Shown piece after piece: positions 19,151 through 28,756 of a stretch of 64,000 bases of DNA. How positions within the stretch are numbered: position 1 is the stretch's first letter; the number at the start of each line of letters is the position of its first letter. The stretch lies in NCBI GenBank assembly GCA_965226055.1, contig CBDDCA010000006.1, forward strand, positions 32,001-96,000, written 5' to 3'. Position numbers and translations under genes: made by a program. A model generated the notes under the pieces. It saw only the letters and a list, made by a program, of their open reading frames with translations, was not told the origin of the DNA and did no database searches. The DNA is from Spirochaetia bacterium. Lineage in GTDB: Bacteria; Spirochaetota; Spirochaetia; WTKD01; G963693115.

Positions 19151-22100
19151 TTATTGTACCTTGTTCCAGTTCTTTAGTTCAAATATAGTATCGCTAACAG
19201 TATATTTATTTTTTATCTTAAATTGTTTCTTCTCTTTTATTAAATCTACCCAATTATAAAATTCAGTATGATATATTGGCACTGTTCTATCAGGTACTAA
19301 TTGCTTTGCATAATCAATTTTGTCAAAGGCATGTGCATCACTGGGAGGAACATACCTCTCTATGCTATGGTACATCATTGCTGCCGTATCAACATTACTC
19401 ATCAACCTTGTATCTATACTAAACGCATTGTTTTGATTAAAATCTTTTACTAATAACAGAGCATGTACACGGGTAAACACATGTGGATAATCTATCCCTA
19501 ATAACTCAGAGCTTATGTTGTTACTATTCATATAATCACTATAAAAATTACCTCCATGATCAGATACTATAATGATTTTTGTATTATCATATACATTATG
19601 CTCCTGCAACCATGTAAACCACTGTGTGAGTGATTCTATGCTACATCGAAAGGAAAAATAGGCAGAGTTTCCAGTATAGTTATTCTTTACATCTTCATCA
19701 GGAAATTCCTTATTTTGTAACCTACAGTGTTTATCAAGAGCATACGGTTGATGAGTAACAGAATTGTGTATAAATGTAAATGTTCCTGAAATATCCTCCA
19801 TTGAATATGTTTCCCTATCATCTTCTAAACGAGAAGAAGTACTTTGTAAAGAATCAAGCACTGCCCATTCTTTTATTGCATGCCTATATCCAATTTGATT
19901 CTTAAATTCAGAGTCACTCAAATTCCAATTTCCAAGATCATATACCGCATATTTCATCATCACTGGCACTGAGCGTAGTACCCCTGTCAATATCAGCAAT
20001 ACAATATTTCTCTCTGAAAGAGAAATGTCTATTTCTTTCTGCTGTTCTCTATTATTCTGTTTCCAATAACTCACAAAAGAATCATCCCAATAATCAAGAC
20101 AGGCAATATCCTGCTTTTCCAGATCCTTACACTGAGCATACTGTCCCTTATAGTACAAGCTACCAGTCATTCGTATCAGATAATTATATCGCTTAAAGCG
20201 AGAAAACATAGTATCATAGGCTCCCACTACTTTTTCCGCAAGATTGTCCCCTTTAATATCAACAATATTTTCAGGAGTATAGTTCCAGCCTGCCATCATA
20301 GCTGGCACACTTGTACTTGTATAGGCAGAAACACTGAGCGTATTAGGATACCATGTAAATCCTTTTAAGCGTTCTTTTATATTAGGCCTCTCATCTAAGA
20401 CCCGTTGCATATCACCACCATTTGCCATATCAAGCAACACCACCACTATATTTTGCTTTGTAGAAGAAAAAGAAAATAAACGATCAGCAATACGAGGAAC
20501 AGAAACATCTTGTGCATCTCCACTCTCCACTCCTGATGAGGCATCTTGCTTGTATGCCTCCGATATTCGTGCTACCACAGCATCATTTTGCAACCACAGC
20601 CCAAAATCAACCAACATATATGTAAACACTCCATTGACTGCCACTAACACAGTAATTATTATTTTTCTATTGTTACTATTCTTTAAAAAAGAAAATATCC
20701 AAAAACAAAAACATATCAAAGCTATCCCCTCTAATACATATATACTAACACGAGGCGAGAGAGATTGCGGTGACATTAAAATAAAATGATCAAGCCCTCC
20801 TATATCAAAAGGAATAACTAATGCGTATAACAATACTACAGACGATAGCACAAATACAATACAACTCACGTAGTTCTTTACTCTATACGGACAGCATATC
20901 CATATAAGCATAGGAATAACTATACTTGCTATAATATACGGCAACACATATATCAGTACAGCAGTAAACGACACAGATACAGACACAGGATCACTTTTAT
21001 ATATCTCTGCAGGAAGCACTAAAAAAATAAGCAAAGCAACAGCACCACTGCTTGCTAGCAGGATATACCACCACTGTCTTAGCTCTGCTTTCCTTTTAAG
21101 AAAGACAGCAGAGGACTCTGTATATGTATGCGATAAACGATATAACACAGACACCACATAAGGAAACAACACGGCGTTAGGAAAAATAAGAATAGCAAAG
21201 GCACTTAGCTTAAACAGTATAGCATCCCTATCTATCATAAACACTGGAAGCTGAATATAATAATATATCATAGCAGATCCAATGATCATACATGCAACAC
21301 TCCCAAAAAAAATGCTATACTTTACAATAGAAATACTATACACACGAGGAGCATTCTTACTGTTATAGTGTTTAGTATCATGCTGAAACTTTTTCTGTAA
21401 CTTTTCTTTATGTATCTGCTTTCGATAAAAATACAATAAAAGAATACTTTCACTTATCACCATTGCAACGATAGCAATTCCTAACAAAGTATTTGGTACT
21501 TCCCCTCTCAATCTATTTACTAAACGGAGCATATACGCAAGCACTAAATATCCACCAAACAACCACAGAAAGAATACAACCTTTATCACCTTTCTATCGT
21601 TCTCTATAAACATAAGTAATTTCTTTTGTATAATCTGCCAAGCACTCTCTTCTTTGTTTTTATTCTTTTGTAAACGAAGCGATAATATAATATTCTTTAG
21701 CAGTGTAAACACATTATTACAAGTCCAATACAGCACTAATCCCGATGGCATAGCGTACAACAACACAAAAAATACCAATGCCATATTCCATGTTGACATT
21801 AAGGAGTTCGGATCTACTCTTCGCGTGTACACATTTGCTGCCATAATATTTATTGCAGTCATAACAAAAGGAAGCATATTGATACGATAGCGACCAAACG
21901 GAAACAACGCATCTGCTTTTGACAGATCTTCAATAAATAAAAACGAAACTCCTTCCAGTGCAGTAAAATTCCTTAGCATATGATATGCCGCAAAGAAAAA
22001 TGGTATTTGTATAAGCAACGACCCTATAGACCGTAAGCCCAGCACAGGATGATACTTATGTAGCCGATACAAACTTTGTATCATCATAAACCGCTCTTGT

Positions 22101-22324
22101 CCTTGAAAGCTCTGCTTAATTTCATCTAACTTTGCTTGCATGGACTGTCGCTGTAATAATTCCTTTTTTTGTAAGCGTTCTGCCAGCATATACACAGGCA
22201 ACAATAGGAGAGAAATAAAGACACTTAACAGAACAATAGCATATCCATAATTATGCGAAAATTGATACAAGAATAGAAAGATATATTCTAAAAAAGACTC
22301 CAAAGGAGAAAGAAATGATGCCAT
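19151..22324 (-). CDS. YidC-like/sulfatase-like fusion (copy C)
   Basis: Same architecture; NIVVVLLD, YTSTSVP, THQPY, IVSDHG. Confidence 0.85.
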   Translation of the reverse strand: MASFLSPLESFLEYIFLFLYQFSHNYGYAIVLLSVFISLLLLPVYMLAERLQKKELLQRQSMQAKLDEIKQSFQGQERFMMIQSLYRLHKYHPVLGLRSIGSLLIQIPFFFAAYHMLRNFTALEGVSFLFIEDLSKADALFPFGRYRINMLPFVMTAINIMAANVYTRRVDPNSLMSTWNMALVFFVLLYAMPSGLVLYWTCNNVFTLLKNIILSLRLQKNKNKEESAWQIIQKKLLMFIENDRKVIKVVFFLWLFGGYLVLAYMLRLVNRLRGEVPNTLLGIAIVAMVISESILLLYFYRKQIHKEKLQKKFQHDTKHYNSKNAPRVYSISIVKYSIFFGSVACMIIGSAMIYYYIQLPVFMIDRDAILFKLSAFAILIFPNAVLFPYVVSVLYRLSHTYTESSAVFLKRKAELRQWWYILLASSGAVALLIFLVLPAEIYKSDPVSVSVSFTAVLIYVLPYIIASIVIPMLIWICCPYRVKNYVSCIVFVLSSVVLLYALVIPFDIGGLDHFILMSPQSLSPRVSIYVLEGIALICFCFWIFSFLKNSNNRKIIITVLVAVNGVFTYMLVDFGLWLQNDAVVARISEAYKQDASSGVESGDAQDVSVPRIADRLFSFSSTKQNIVVVLLDMANGGDMQRVLDERPNIKERLKGFTWYPNTLSVSAYTSTSVPAMMAGWNYTPENIVDIKGDNLAEKVVGAYDTMFSRFKRYNYLIRMTGSLYYKGQYAQCKDLEKQDIACLDYWDDSFVSYWKQNNREQQKEIDISLSERNIVLLILTGVLRSVPVMMKYAVYDLGNWNLSDSEFKNQIGYRHAIKEWAVLDSLQSTSSRLEDDRETYSMEDISGTFTFIHNSVTHQPYALDKHCRLQNKEFPDEDVKNNYTGNSAYFSFRCSIESLTQWFTWLQEHNVYDNTKIIIVSDHGGNFYSDYMNSNNISSELLGIDYPHVFTRVHALLLVKDFNQNNAFSIDTRLMSNVDTAAMMYHSIERYVPPSDAHAFDKIDYAKQLVPDRTVPIYHTEFYNWVDLIKEKKQFKIKNKYTVSDTIFELKNWNKVQ

Positions 22325-22328
22325 AGTA

Positions 22329-25300
22329 TTATTTTATCCTTTTCCAGTTCTTTAGTTCAAATATAGTATCGCTAACAGTATATTTATTTTTTATCTTAAA
22401 TTGTTTCTTCTCTTTTACAAACCCCACCCAATTATAAAATTCAGTATGATATATTGGCACTGTTCTATCAGGTACTAACTGCTTTGCATAATCAATTTTG
22501 TCAAAGGCATGTGCATCACTGGGAGGAACATATCCCTCTATACTATGGTACATCATTGCTGCCGTATCAACATTACTCATCAATCTTGTATCTATACTAA
22601 ACGCATTGTTTTGATTAAAATCTTTTACTAATAACAGAGCATGTGCACGAGGAAACATATATGAAAAATCTGTCCCTAACAACTCAGAGCTTATGTTGTT
22701 ACTATTCATATAATCTCTATAACCATTACCTCCATGATCAGATACTATAATGATTTTTGTATTATCATACATAGCATGCTCCTGCAACCATGCGAACCAT
22801 TGTGTGAGTGATTCTATGCTACATCGAAAGGAAAAATACGCAGAGTTTCCAGCATAGTTATTTTCTATATTTTCATCAGGAAATTCCTTATTTTGTAACA
22901 CACAGTGTTTATCAAGAGCATAGGGACGATGCGTAATATTATTGTGTATAAATGTAAATGTTCCTGCACTGTCCTCCATTGAGTATGTTTCTCTATCATC
23001 TTCTAAACGAGAAGAAGTACTTCGTAAAGAATCAAGTACTGCCCATGATTTTAATGCATACCTATATCCTTCTTGATTCTTAAATTCAGAGGTATTTATA
23101 TTCCAATTTCCATGATCATATACCGCATATTTCATCATCACGGGCACTGAGCGTAGTACCCCTGTCAATATCAGCAATACAATATTTCTCTCCGAAAAAG
23201 ATACATCTGTCTCTGCCTGTTGTTCTCTATTATTCTGTTTCCAATAACTCACAAAAGAATCATCCCAATAATCAAGACAGGCAATATCCTGCTTTTCCAG
23301 ATCCTTACACTGAGCATTATCTCCTCCGAGGTATGATACACCAGACATTCGCATCAAATAATTATATTGCTTAAAGCGAGAAAACATAGTATCGTATGCT
23401 CCCACTACTTTTTCCGCAAGATTTTCCCCTTTTAATATTACCATATTTTCAGGAGTATAGTTCCACCCTGCTATCATAGCTGATATACTTGCACCCGTAT
23501 AGGTAGAAACACTGAGCGTATTAGGATACCAAGTAAATCCTTTTAAGCGTTCTTTTATATTAGGCCTCTCATCTAAGACCCGTTGCATATCACCACCACT
23601 TGCCATATCAAGCAACACCACCACTATATTTTGCTTTGTAGAAGAAAAAGAAAATAAACGATCGGCAATACGAGGAACAGAAACATCTTGTGTATCTCCA
23701 TTCTCCATTCCCGATGTAGCATCTTGCTTTTGTGCATCTGATACTTGTGCTACCACAGCATCATTTTGCAACCACAGCCCAAAATCAACCAACATATATG
23801 TAAACACTCCATTGACTGCCACTAACACAGTAATTATTATTTTTCTATTGTTACTATTCTTTAAAAAAGAAAATACAAAAAAACAAAAGCATATCAGAGC
23901 TATCCCCTCTAATACATATATACTAGCACGAGGCGAAAGAGATTGCGGTGACATTAAAATAAAATGATCAAGCCCTCCTATATCAAACGGAACAACTAAT
24001 GCGTATAACAATACTACAGACGATAGCACAAACACAATACAACTCACGTAGCTCTTTACTCTATACGGACAGCATATCCATATAAGCATAGGAATAACTA
24101 TACTTGCTATAATATACGGCAACACATATATCAGCACAGCAGTAAACGATACAGATACTGATATAGGATCACTTTTATATATCTCTGCAGGAAGCACTAA
24201 AAAAATAAGCAAAGCAACAGCACCACTGCTTGCTAGCATGATATACCACCACTGTCTTAGCTCTGCTTTCCTTTTAATAAGCATAGTAGGAGTCTTTGCA
24301 TGTATCCCTGTATACTGTAAACGATATAACACATAAGGAAACAGCACTGCGTTAGGAAAAATCGTAATAGCAAAGGCACTTAGCTTCAACAATACAGTGT
24401 CAACATTTATCATGAACACTGGAAGCTGAATATAATAATACATCATAGCAGATCCAATGATCATACATGCAACACTCCCAAAAAAGAGGCTATACTTTAC
24501 AATAGAAGTACTATACACACGAGGAGCATTCTTACTGTTATAATGTTTAGTATCATGCTGAAACTTTTTCTGTAACTTTTCTTTATGTATCTGCTTCCGA
24601 TAAAAATACAATAGAAGAATACTTTCACTTATCACCATCGCAACGATAGCAATTCCTAACAAAGTATTTGGTACTTCCCCTCTCAATCTATTTACTAAAC
24701 GGAACACATACGCAAGTACTAAATATCCACCAAACAACCACAGAAAGAATACAACCTTTATCACCTTTCTATCGTTCTCTATAAATATAAGTAATTTCTT
24801 TTGTATAATCTGCCAAGCACTCTCTTCTTTGTCTTTATTCTTTTGTAAACGAAGCGATAATACAATATTTTTTACGAAGGCAAATATATTATTACAAGTC
24901 CAATACAGCACTAATCCCGATGGCATAGCATATAACAACACAAAAAATATCAATGCCATATTCCATGCTGATACTAAGGATTTTGGATCTACTCTTCGTG
25001 TGTACACATTTGCTGCCATGATATTTATTGCAGTCATAATAAAAGGAAGCATATTGATACGATAGCGACCAAACGGAAACAACGCATCTGCTTTTGAGAG
25101 ATCTTCAATGAATAAAAACGAAACTCCTTCCAGTGCAGTAAAATTCCTTAACATATGATATGCCGCAAAGAAAAATGGTATTTGTATAAGCAACGACCCT
25201 ATAGACCGTAAGCCCAGCACTGGATGATACTTATGTAGCCGATACAAACTTTGTATCATCATAAACCGCTCTTGTCCTTGAAAGCTCCCTTTAATTTCAT

Positions 25301-25499
25301 CTAACTTTGCTTGCATGGACTGTCGCTGTAATAATTCCTTTTTTTGTAAGCGTTCTGCCAGCATATACACAGGCAACAATAGGAGTGAAATAAAGAAACT
25401 TAACAGAACAATAGCATATCCATAATTATGTGAAAGCTGATACAAAAATATAAAGATATATTCTAAAAAAGACTCCAAAGGAGAAAAAAATGATGCCAT
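22329..25499 (-). CDS. YidC-like/sulfatase-like fusion (copy B)
   Basis: Same architecture; YTGASIS, THRPY, IVSDHG. Confidence 0.85.
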   Translation of the reverse strand: MASFFSPLESFLEYIFIFLYQLSHNYGYAIVLLSFFISLLLLPVYMLAERLQKKELLQRQSMQAKLDEIKGSFQGQERFMMIQSLYRLHKYHPVLGLRSIGSLLIQIPFFFAAYHMLRNFTALEGVSFLFIEDLSKADALFPFGRYRINMLPFIMTAINIMAANVYTRRVDPKSLVSAWNMALIFFVLLYAMPSGLVLYWTCNNIFAFVKNIVLSLRLQKNKDKEESAWQIIQKKLLIFIENDRKVIKVVFFLWLFGGYLVLAYVFRLVNRLRGEVPNTLLGIAIVAMVISESILLLYFYRKQIHKEKLQKKFQHDTKHYNSKNAPRVYSTSIVKYSLFFGSVACMIIGSAMMYYYIQLPVFMINVDTVLLKLSAFAITIFPNAVLFPYVLYRLQYTGIHAKTPTMLIKRKAELRQWWYIMLASSGAVALLIFLVLPAEIYKSDPISVSVSFTAVLIYVLPYIIASIVIPMLIWICCPYRVKSYVSCIVFVLSSVVLLYALVVPFDIGGLDHFILMSPQSLSPRASIYVLEGIALICFCFFVFSFLKNSNNRKIIITVLVAVNGVFTYMLVDFGLWLQNDAVVAQVSDAQKQDATSGMENGDTQDVSVPRIADRLFSFSSTKQNIVVVLLDMASGGDMQRVLDERPNIKERLKGFTWYPNTLSVSTYTGASISAMIAGWNYTPENMVILKGENLAEKVVGAYDTMFSRFKQYNYLMRMSGVSYLGGDNAQCKDLEKQDIACLDYWDDSFVSYWKQNNREQQAETDVSFSERNIVLLILTGVLRSVPVMMKYAVYDHGNWNINTSEFKNQEGYRYALKSWAVLDSLRSTSSRLEDDRETYSMEDSAGTFTFIHNNITHRPYALDKHCVLQNKEFPDENIENNYAGNSAYFSFRCSIESLTQWFAWLQEHAMYDNTKIIIVSDHGGNGYRDYMNSNNISSELLGTDFSYMFPRAHALLLVKDFNQNNAFSIDTRLMSNVDTAAMMYHSIEGYVPPSDAHAFDKIDYAKQLVPDRTVPIYHTEFYNWVGFVKEKKQFKIKNKYTVSDTIFELKNWKRIK

Positions 25500-25503
25500 A
25501 GCA

Positions 25504-28500
25504 TTATTGTACCTTATTCCAGTTCTTTAGTTCAAATATAGTATCGCTAACAGTATATTTATTTTTTATCTTAAATTGTTTCTTCTCTTTTACAAAATCT
25601 ACCCAATTATAAAATTCAGTATGATATATTGGCACTGTTCTATCAGGTACTAATTGCTTTGCATAATCAACTTTGTCAAAGGCATGTGCATCACTGGGAG
25701 GAACATATCCCTCTATGCTATAGTACATCATTGCTGCTGTATCAACATTACTCATCAACCTTGTATCTATACTAAACGCATTGTTTTGATTAAAATCTTT
25801 TACTAATAACAGAGCATGTGCACGGGTAAACATATATGGATAATCTATCCCTAATAACTCAGAGCTTATGTTGTTACTATTCATATAATCTCTATAACCA
25901 TTACCTCCATGATCAGATACTATAATGATTTTTGTATTATCATACATAGCATGCTCCTGCAACCATGCAAACCATTGTGTGAGTGATTCTATGCTACATC
26001 GAAAGGAAAAATACGCAGAGTTTCCAGCATAGTTATTTTCTATATTTTCATCAGGAAATTCCTTATTTTGTAACCTACAGTGTTTATCAAGAGCATAGGG
26101 ACGATGCGTAATATTATTGTGTATAAATGTAAATGTTCCTGCAATATCCTCTGTTGAATATGTTTCCCTACCATCTTCTAAATGAGAAGAAGTACTTCGT
26201 AAAGAATCAAGTACTGCCCATTCTTTTAATGCCCACCTATATCCATCTTGATTCTTAAATTCAGAGGTATTCATATTCCAATTTCCACGATCATATATCA
26301 CATTTTTCATCATCACTGGCACTGAGCGTAGTACCCCCGCCATTATCAACAACGAAATAGTTCTCTCTGAAAAAGATATATCTGTCTCTCTCTGCTGTTC
26401 TCTATTATTTTGTTTCCAATAACTCATAAAAGAATCATCCCAATAATCAAGACAGACAATATCCTGCTTTTCCAGATCTTTACATTGAGCATTATCTCCT
26501 CCATAGTATAATACACCAGTCATTCGTATCAGATAATTATATCGCTTAAAGAGAGAAAACATAGTATCGTATGCTCCCACTACTTTTTCCGCAAGATTTT
26601 CCCCTTTAACATCAATAATATTTTCAGGAGCATAGTTCCAGCCTGCCATCATAGCTAGTTTACTTGCACTCGTATAGGTAGAAACACTGAGCGTATTAGG
26701 ATACCAAGTAAATCCTTTTAAGTGTTCTTTTATACTAGGTCTCTCATCTAATATCCGTTGCATATCACCACCATTTGCCATATCAAGCAACACCACCACT
26801 ATATTTTGCTTTGTAGAAGAGAAAGAAAATAAACGATCAGCAATACGAGGAACAGAAACATCTTGTGTATCTCCATTCTCCATTCCCGATGTAGCATCTT
26901 GCTTTTGTGCATCTGATACTTGTGCTACCACAGCATCATTTTGCAACCACAGCCCAAAATCAACCAACATATATATAAACACTCCATTGACTGCCACTAA
27001 CACAGTAATTATTATTTTTCTATTGTTACTATGTTTCAAAAAAGAAAATATCCAAAAACAAAAACATATCAGAGCTATCCCTTCTAATACATATATACTA
27101 GCACGAGGCGAAAGAGATCTCGGTGACATTAAAATAAAATGATCAAGCCCCCCTATATCAAACGGAACAACTAATGCGTATAACAATACTACAGACGATA
27201 GCACAAACACAATACAACTCACGTAGCTCTTTACTCTATACGGACAGCATATCCATATAAGCATAGGAATAACTATACTTGCTATAATATACGGCAACAC
27301 ATATATCAGCACAGCAGTAAACGATACAGATACTGAGGTAGGATCACTTTTATATATCTCTGCAGGAAGCACTAAAAAAATAAGCAAAGCAACAGCACTA
27401 CTGCTTGCTAGCAGGATATACCACCACTGTCTTACTGCAACTTTCTCTTTAAGAAAAACACCAGACGCCTTTGCCTTTCTATACTGTAAACGATATAACA
27501 CATACACCACATAAGGAAACAGTACTGCGTTAGGAAAAATAAGAATAGCAAAAGATCGTAGCTTAAACCATACAGCATCAATATCTATCATGGACACTGG
27601 AAGTTGAATATAATAATATATCATAACAGATCCAATGATCATACATGCAACACTCCCAAAAAAAATGCTATACTTTACAATAGAAGTACTGTACACATGA
27701 GGAACATTCTTACTGTTATAGTGTTTAGTATCATGCTGAAACTTTTTCTGTAACTTTTCCTTATATATCTGCTTTCGATAAAAATACAATAGAAGAATAC
27801 CTTCACTTATCACCATTGCAACGATAGCAATTCCTAACAAAGTATTTGGCACTTCCCCTCTCAATCTATTTACTAAACGGAGCACATACGCAAGCACTAA
27901 ATATCCACCGAACAACCACAGAAAGAATACAACCTTTATCACCTTTCTATCGTTCTCTATAAACATAAGTAATTTCTTTTGTATAATCTGCCAAGCACTC
28001 TCTTCTTCTTTGTCTTTATTCTTTTGTAAACGAAGCGATAACACAATATTTTTTACGAAGGCAAATATATTATTACAAGTCCAATACAGCACTAATCCTG
28101 ATGGCATAGCGTACAACAACACAAAAAATATCAATGCTATATTCCATGTTGACATTAAGGAGTTTGGATCTACTCTTCGCGTATACACATTTGCTGCCAT
28201 AATATTTATTGCAGTCATAACAAAAGGAAGCACATTGATACGATAGCGACCAAATGGCAGCAACGCATCTGCTTTTGACAGATCTTCAATAAATAAAAAC
28301 GAAACTCCCTCCAGTGCAGTAAAATCCCTCAACATATGATATGCCGCAAAGAAAAATGGTATTTGTATAAGCAACGACCCTATAGAACGCAACCCCATCA
28401 CCGGATGATACTTATGCAGCCGATACAAACTTTGTATCATCATAAACCGCTCTTGTCCTTGAAAGCTCCCTTTAATTTCATCAAGCTTCTTTTTCATAGC

Positions 28501-28689
28501 CTGTTGCTTAAAAAGCTCCTGTTTCTGCAACTTTTCTGCTATCATATACACAGGCAAAAGTATACTATTTACAATGATACTTAACAAAATGATAGAAACT
28601 CCATAGTTATTTGAAATACTATACGAAAAAGTAAAAAGATACTGCAAGAATATTTCAAAAGGAGAAAAAATAGCTGCCATACTACCCAT
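25504..28689 (-). CDS. YidC-like/sulfatase-like fusion (copy A)
   Basis: Same architecture; distinct first ~70 aa; YTSASKL, THRPY, IVSDHG. Confidence 0.85.
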   Translation of the reverse strand: MGSMAAIFSPFEIFLQYLFTFSYSISNNYGVSIILLSIIVNSILLPVYMIAEKLQKQELFKQQAMKKKLDEIKGSFQGQERFMMIQSLYRLHKYHPVMGLRSIGSLLIQIPFFFAAYHMLRDFTALEGVSFLFIEDLSKADALLPFGRYRINVLPFVMTAINIMAANVYTRRVDPNSLMSTWNIALIFFVLLYAMPSGLVLYWTCNNIFAFVKNIVLSLRLQKNKDKEEESAWQIIQKKLLMFIENDRKVIKVVFFLWLFGGYLVLAYVLRLVNRLRGEVPNTLLGIAIVAMVISEGILLLYFYRKQIYKEKLQKKFQHDTKHYNSKNVPHVYSTSIVKYSIFFGSVACMIIGSVMIYYYIQLPVSMIDIDAVWFKLRSFAILIFPNAVLFPYVVYVLYRLQYRKAKASGVFLKEKVAVRQWWYILLASSSAVALLIFLVLPAEIYKSDPTSVSVSFTAVLIYVLPYIIASIVIPMLIWICCPYRVKSYVSCIVFVLSSVVLLYALVVPFDIGGLDHFILMSPRSLSPRASIYVLEGIALICFCFWIFSFLKHSNNRKIIITVLVAVNGVFIYMLVDFGLWLQNDAVVAQVSDAQKQDATSGMENGDTQDVSVPRIADRLFSFSSTKQNIVVVLLDMANGGDMQRILDERPSIKEHLKGFTWYPNTLSVSTYTSASKLAMMAGWNYAPENIIDVKGENLAEKVVGAYDTMFSLFKRYNYLIRMTGVLYYGGDNAQCKDLEKQDIVCLDYWDDSFMSYWKQNNREQQRETDISFSERTISLLIMAGVLRSVPVMMKNVIYDRGNWNMNTSEFKNQDGYRWALKEWAVLDSLRSTSSHLEDGRETYSTEDIAGTFTFIHNNITHRPYALDKHCRLQNKEFPDENIENNYAGNSAYFSFRCSIESLTQWFAWLQEHAMYDNTKIIIVSDHGGNGYRDYMNSNNISSELLGIDYPYMFTRAHALLLVKDFNQNNAFSIDTRLMSNVDTAAMMYYSIEGYVPPSDAHAFDKVDYAKQLVPDRTVPIYHTEFYNWVDFVKEKKQFKIKNKYTVSDTIFELKNWNKVQ

Positions 28690-28756
28690 TATATACCATG
28701 CATTGTATTCTATGCATATTCACTAGAAACAGACAAACAAGAACATGAAATAAATA

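Larger units (their letters stand above)
18500..28480. repeat. ~3.18-kb tandem repeat array (three near-identical units plus a fourth YidC-domain copy)
   Basis: Long identical DNA blocks recur at ~3175-bp spacing, e.g. ttccagttctttagttcaaatatagtatcgctaacag near 19163, 22342 and 25517. Gene spacers are 4 nt. Confidence 0.92.

Noticed and set aside
19151-28689. Diversity-generating retroelement as the source of paralog variation
   Set aside because: No reverse transcriptase or short template repeat in the window. Differences are spread in patches across whole genes and include indels.
16060-28689. Calling the four fusions yidC or true sulfatases
   Set aside because: Only ~215 of ~1050 aa are YidC-like, the groove Arg is missing, and there is no C/SxPxR formylglycine motif.
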